NCBI RefSeq assembly: GCF_004010195.1
Contig: NC_057752.1
Span: forward strand, 2,916,222 to 2,980,221
Length of the DNA stretch: 64,000 nt
Reading direction: 5' to 3'
Source: Chiloscyllium plagiosum
Lineage: Eukaryota
The position numbers and the translations under genes were made by a program. The notes beneath the pieces were generated by a model, which was not told the origin of the DNA, ran no database searches, and saw nothing but the letters and a program-made list of their open reading frames with translations. The stretch's first letter is position 1, and every line of letters starts with the position of its first letter. Below are positions 63,031-64,000 of this stretch, piece after piece.

Positions 63031-63900
63031 GCAAGAAGCACAGACACTTAGAGATAAGCCAAGGGAACCCTGGAATAGTCAGGTCCAGTGATAAGAAAAG
63101 CACGGATGAAGGTTTCACAGCAGTAGAAAAGAATTGAGACAGCAGCAGAACCAGGTGAGGGCAAGGAGGTCACAAGGGGCAGCTTCTGATCAAATTGGAC
63201 GCAGATATTACCGATTGGTCCGGCCTCAGAGTGGCCAGAGAAGAGAAGCTAGGGAATGGGGGTTTGTGGTTGAAACCCAAAGCACTGACTGCAATATTTC
63301 CAAATATTAATTTGAAGAAATGTTGGTTCATCCAGGACTGTTGGGCGAGAAATCTTGCAACTTTAGAACCAGTGGAAGGGTTGAGAGAAGTGTTTGTTTG
63401 GAACTTGCCTTCAAATAATGTTGCAGAGAGGCAGCATGTATATAAGAAGTGGGAGCAGGAAGAGAAACCATTGCAGGTGACTCGGTGGTGATTACTGAAG
63501 AGTGAAACCATTTGAGAGCAGTCTTACTCAACTGGACATGGAGAGAAGACACGAGAGGAGAATGGTGTGCTCAGAATTGTTAAAGACTTGCCGAAAAAGA
63601 AGAGCAGGTTTACTTATTGCAGCCACATAGGATACCTTTTGTGAATTTGAGACGGACTGTTCCAGTGTGGCTGCGAAGGAAGTGGAGAGGTTTAAGAATG
63701 GACTTATGAGAAAGATGGGCACAAATTTGACAGGTGACTGAGCTGAGAGAGGCTGCCAATGGGGCAACAGTTTGAAAGGAAAAGGATCAAGTGTGGGTTG
63801 TTGGGAAGAAGGTGCGATGATGGGAGACTTGAAAGTGAGAGAGTCAATACCTGACAAATACTTCAATGTCCTCAAATTTAATTTTGATTGATACAACTTC
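63031..63900 (-). mobile_element. Old L2-like LINE remnant (continues 62470-62715)
   Basis: Decayed LDPFP.KLL and LLSLDL..AF-like RT-proximal motifs; L2-type tail (ggaggaggttacagagatagggag..aaggattttaa) at ~62540-62600. Confidence 0.55.
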
Positions 63901-64000
63901 AAAAAACTCTTTTCTTAACTATTTCGAGGTGCCAGGAATTTGATCTCTGTCTGGATTTTCATGAAGTGCTACTGATATGAGGGGAACCTAAATTGCTGGC

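Noticed and set aside
63528..63902. Further upstream ASIC1 exon
   Set aside because: No similarity to the ASIC thumb/palm sequence; it looks like a decayed L2-like LINE.

Overview
Eukaryotic genomic DNA, almost certainly from a cartilaginous fish (shark). It is dense with HE1/V-SINEs, CR1/HER1 LINE fragments, Deu-domain SINEs, and Tx1- and Rex1-type LINE ends. Two protein-coding genes are partly present, both on the minus strand. The first is the last four coding exons of ASIC1 (60671-60580, 53663-53584, 39958-39854, 36290-36186), whose final intron needs a non-canonical GC donor. The second lies about 33 kb downstream: the CpG-rich promoter and first coding exon of SMARCD1 (2866-2702). This is the same ASIC1->SMARCD1 order I recall for mammals. 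Almost all other ORFs in the track are TE, microsatellite or N-gap artefacts. Most interesting observations: (1) three families of short, often palindromic, TSD-flanked Penelope-like elements carrying a minimal hammerhead-ribozyme core with compensatory stem changes between families, two of them side by side in the last ASIC1 intron; (2) the GC-AG intron; (3) a 7x37-bp CTCF-like array and a CRE-bearing solo LTR upstream of SMARCD1; (4) a 194-bp locally templated insertion inside a SINE. Identifications come from reading the sequence and from recalled family knowledge. No searches were run, and TE boundaries without TSDs are approximate.
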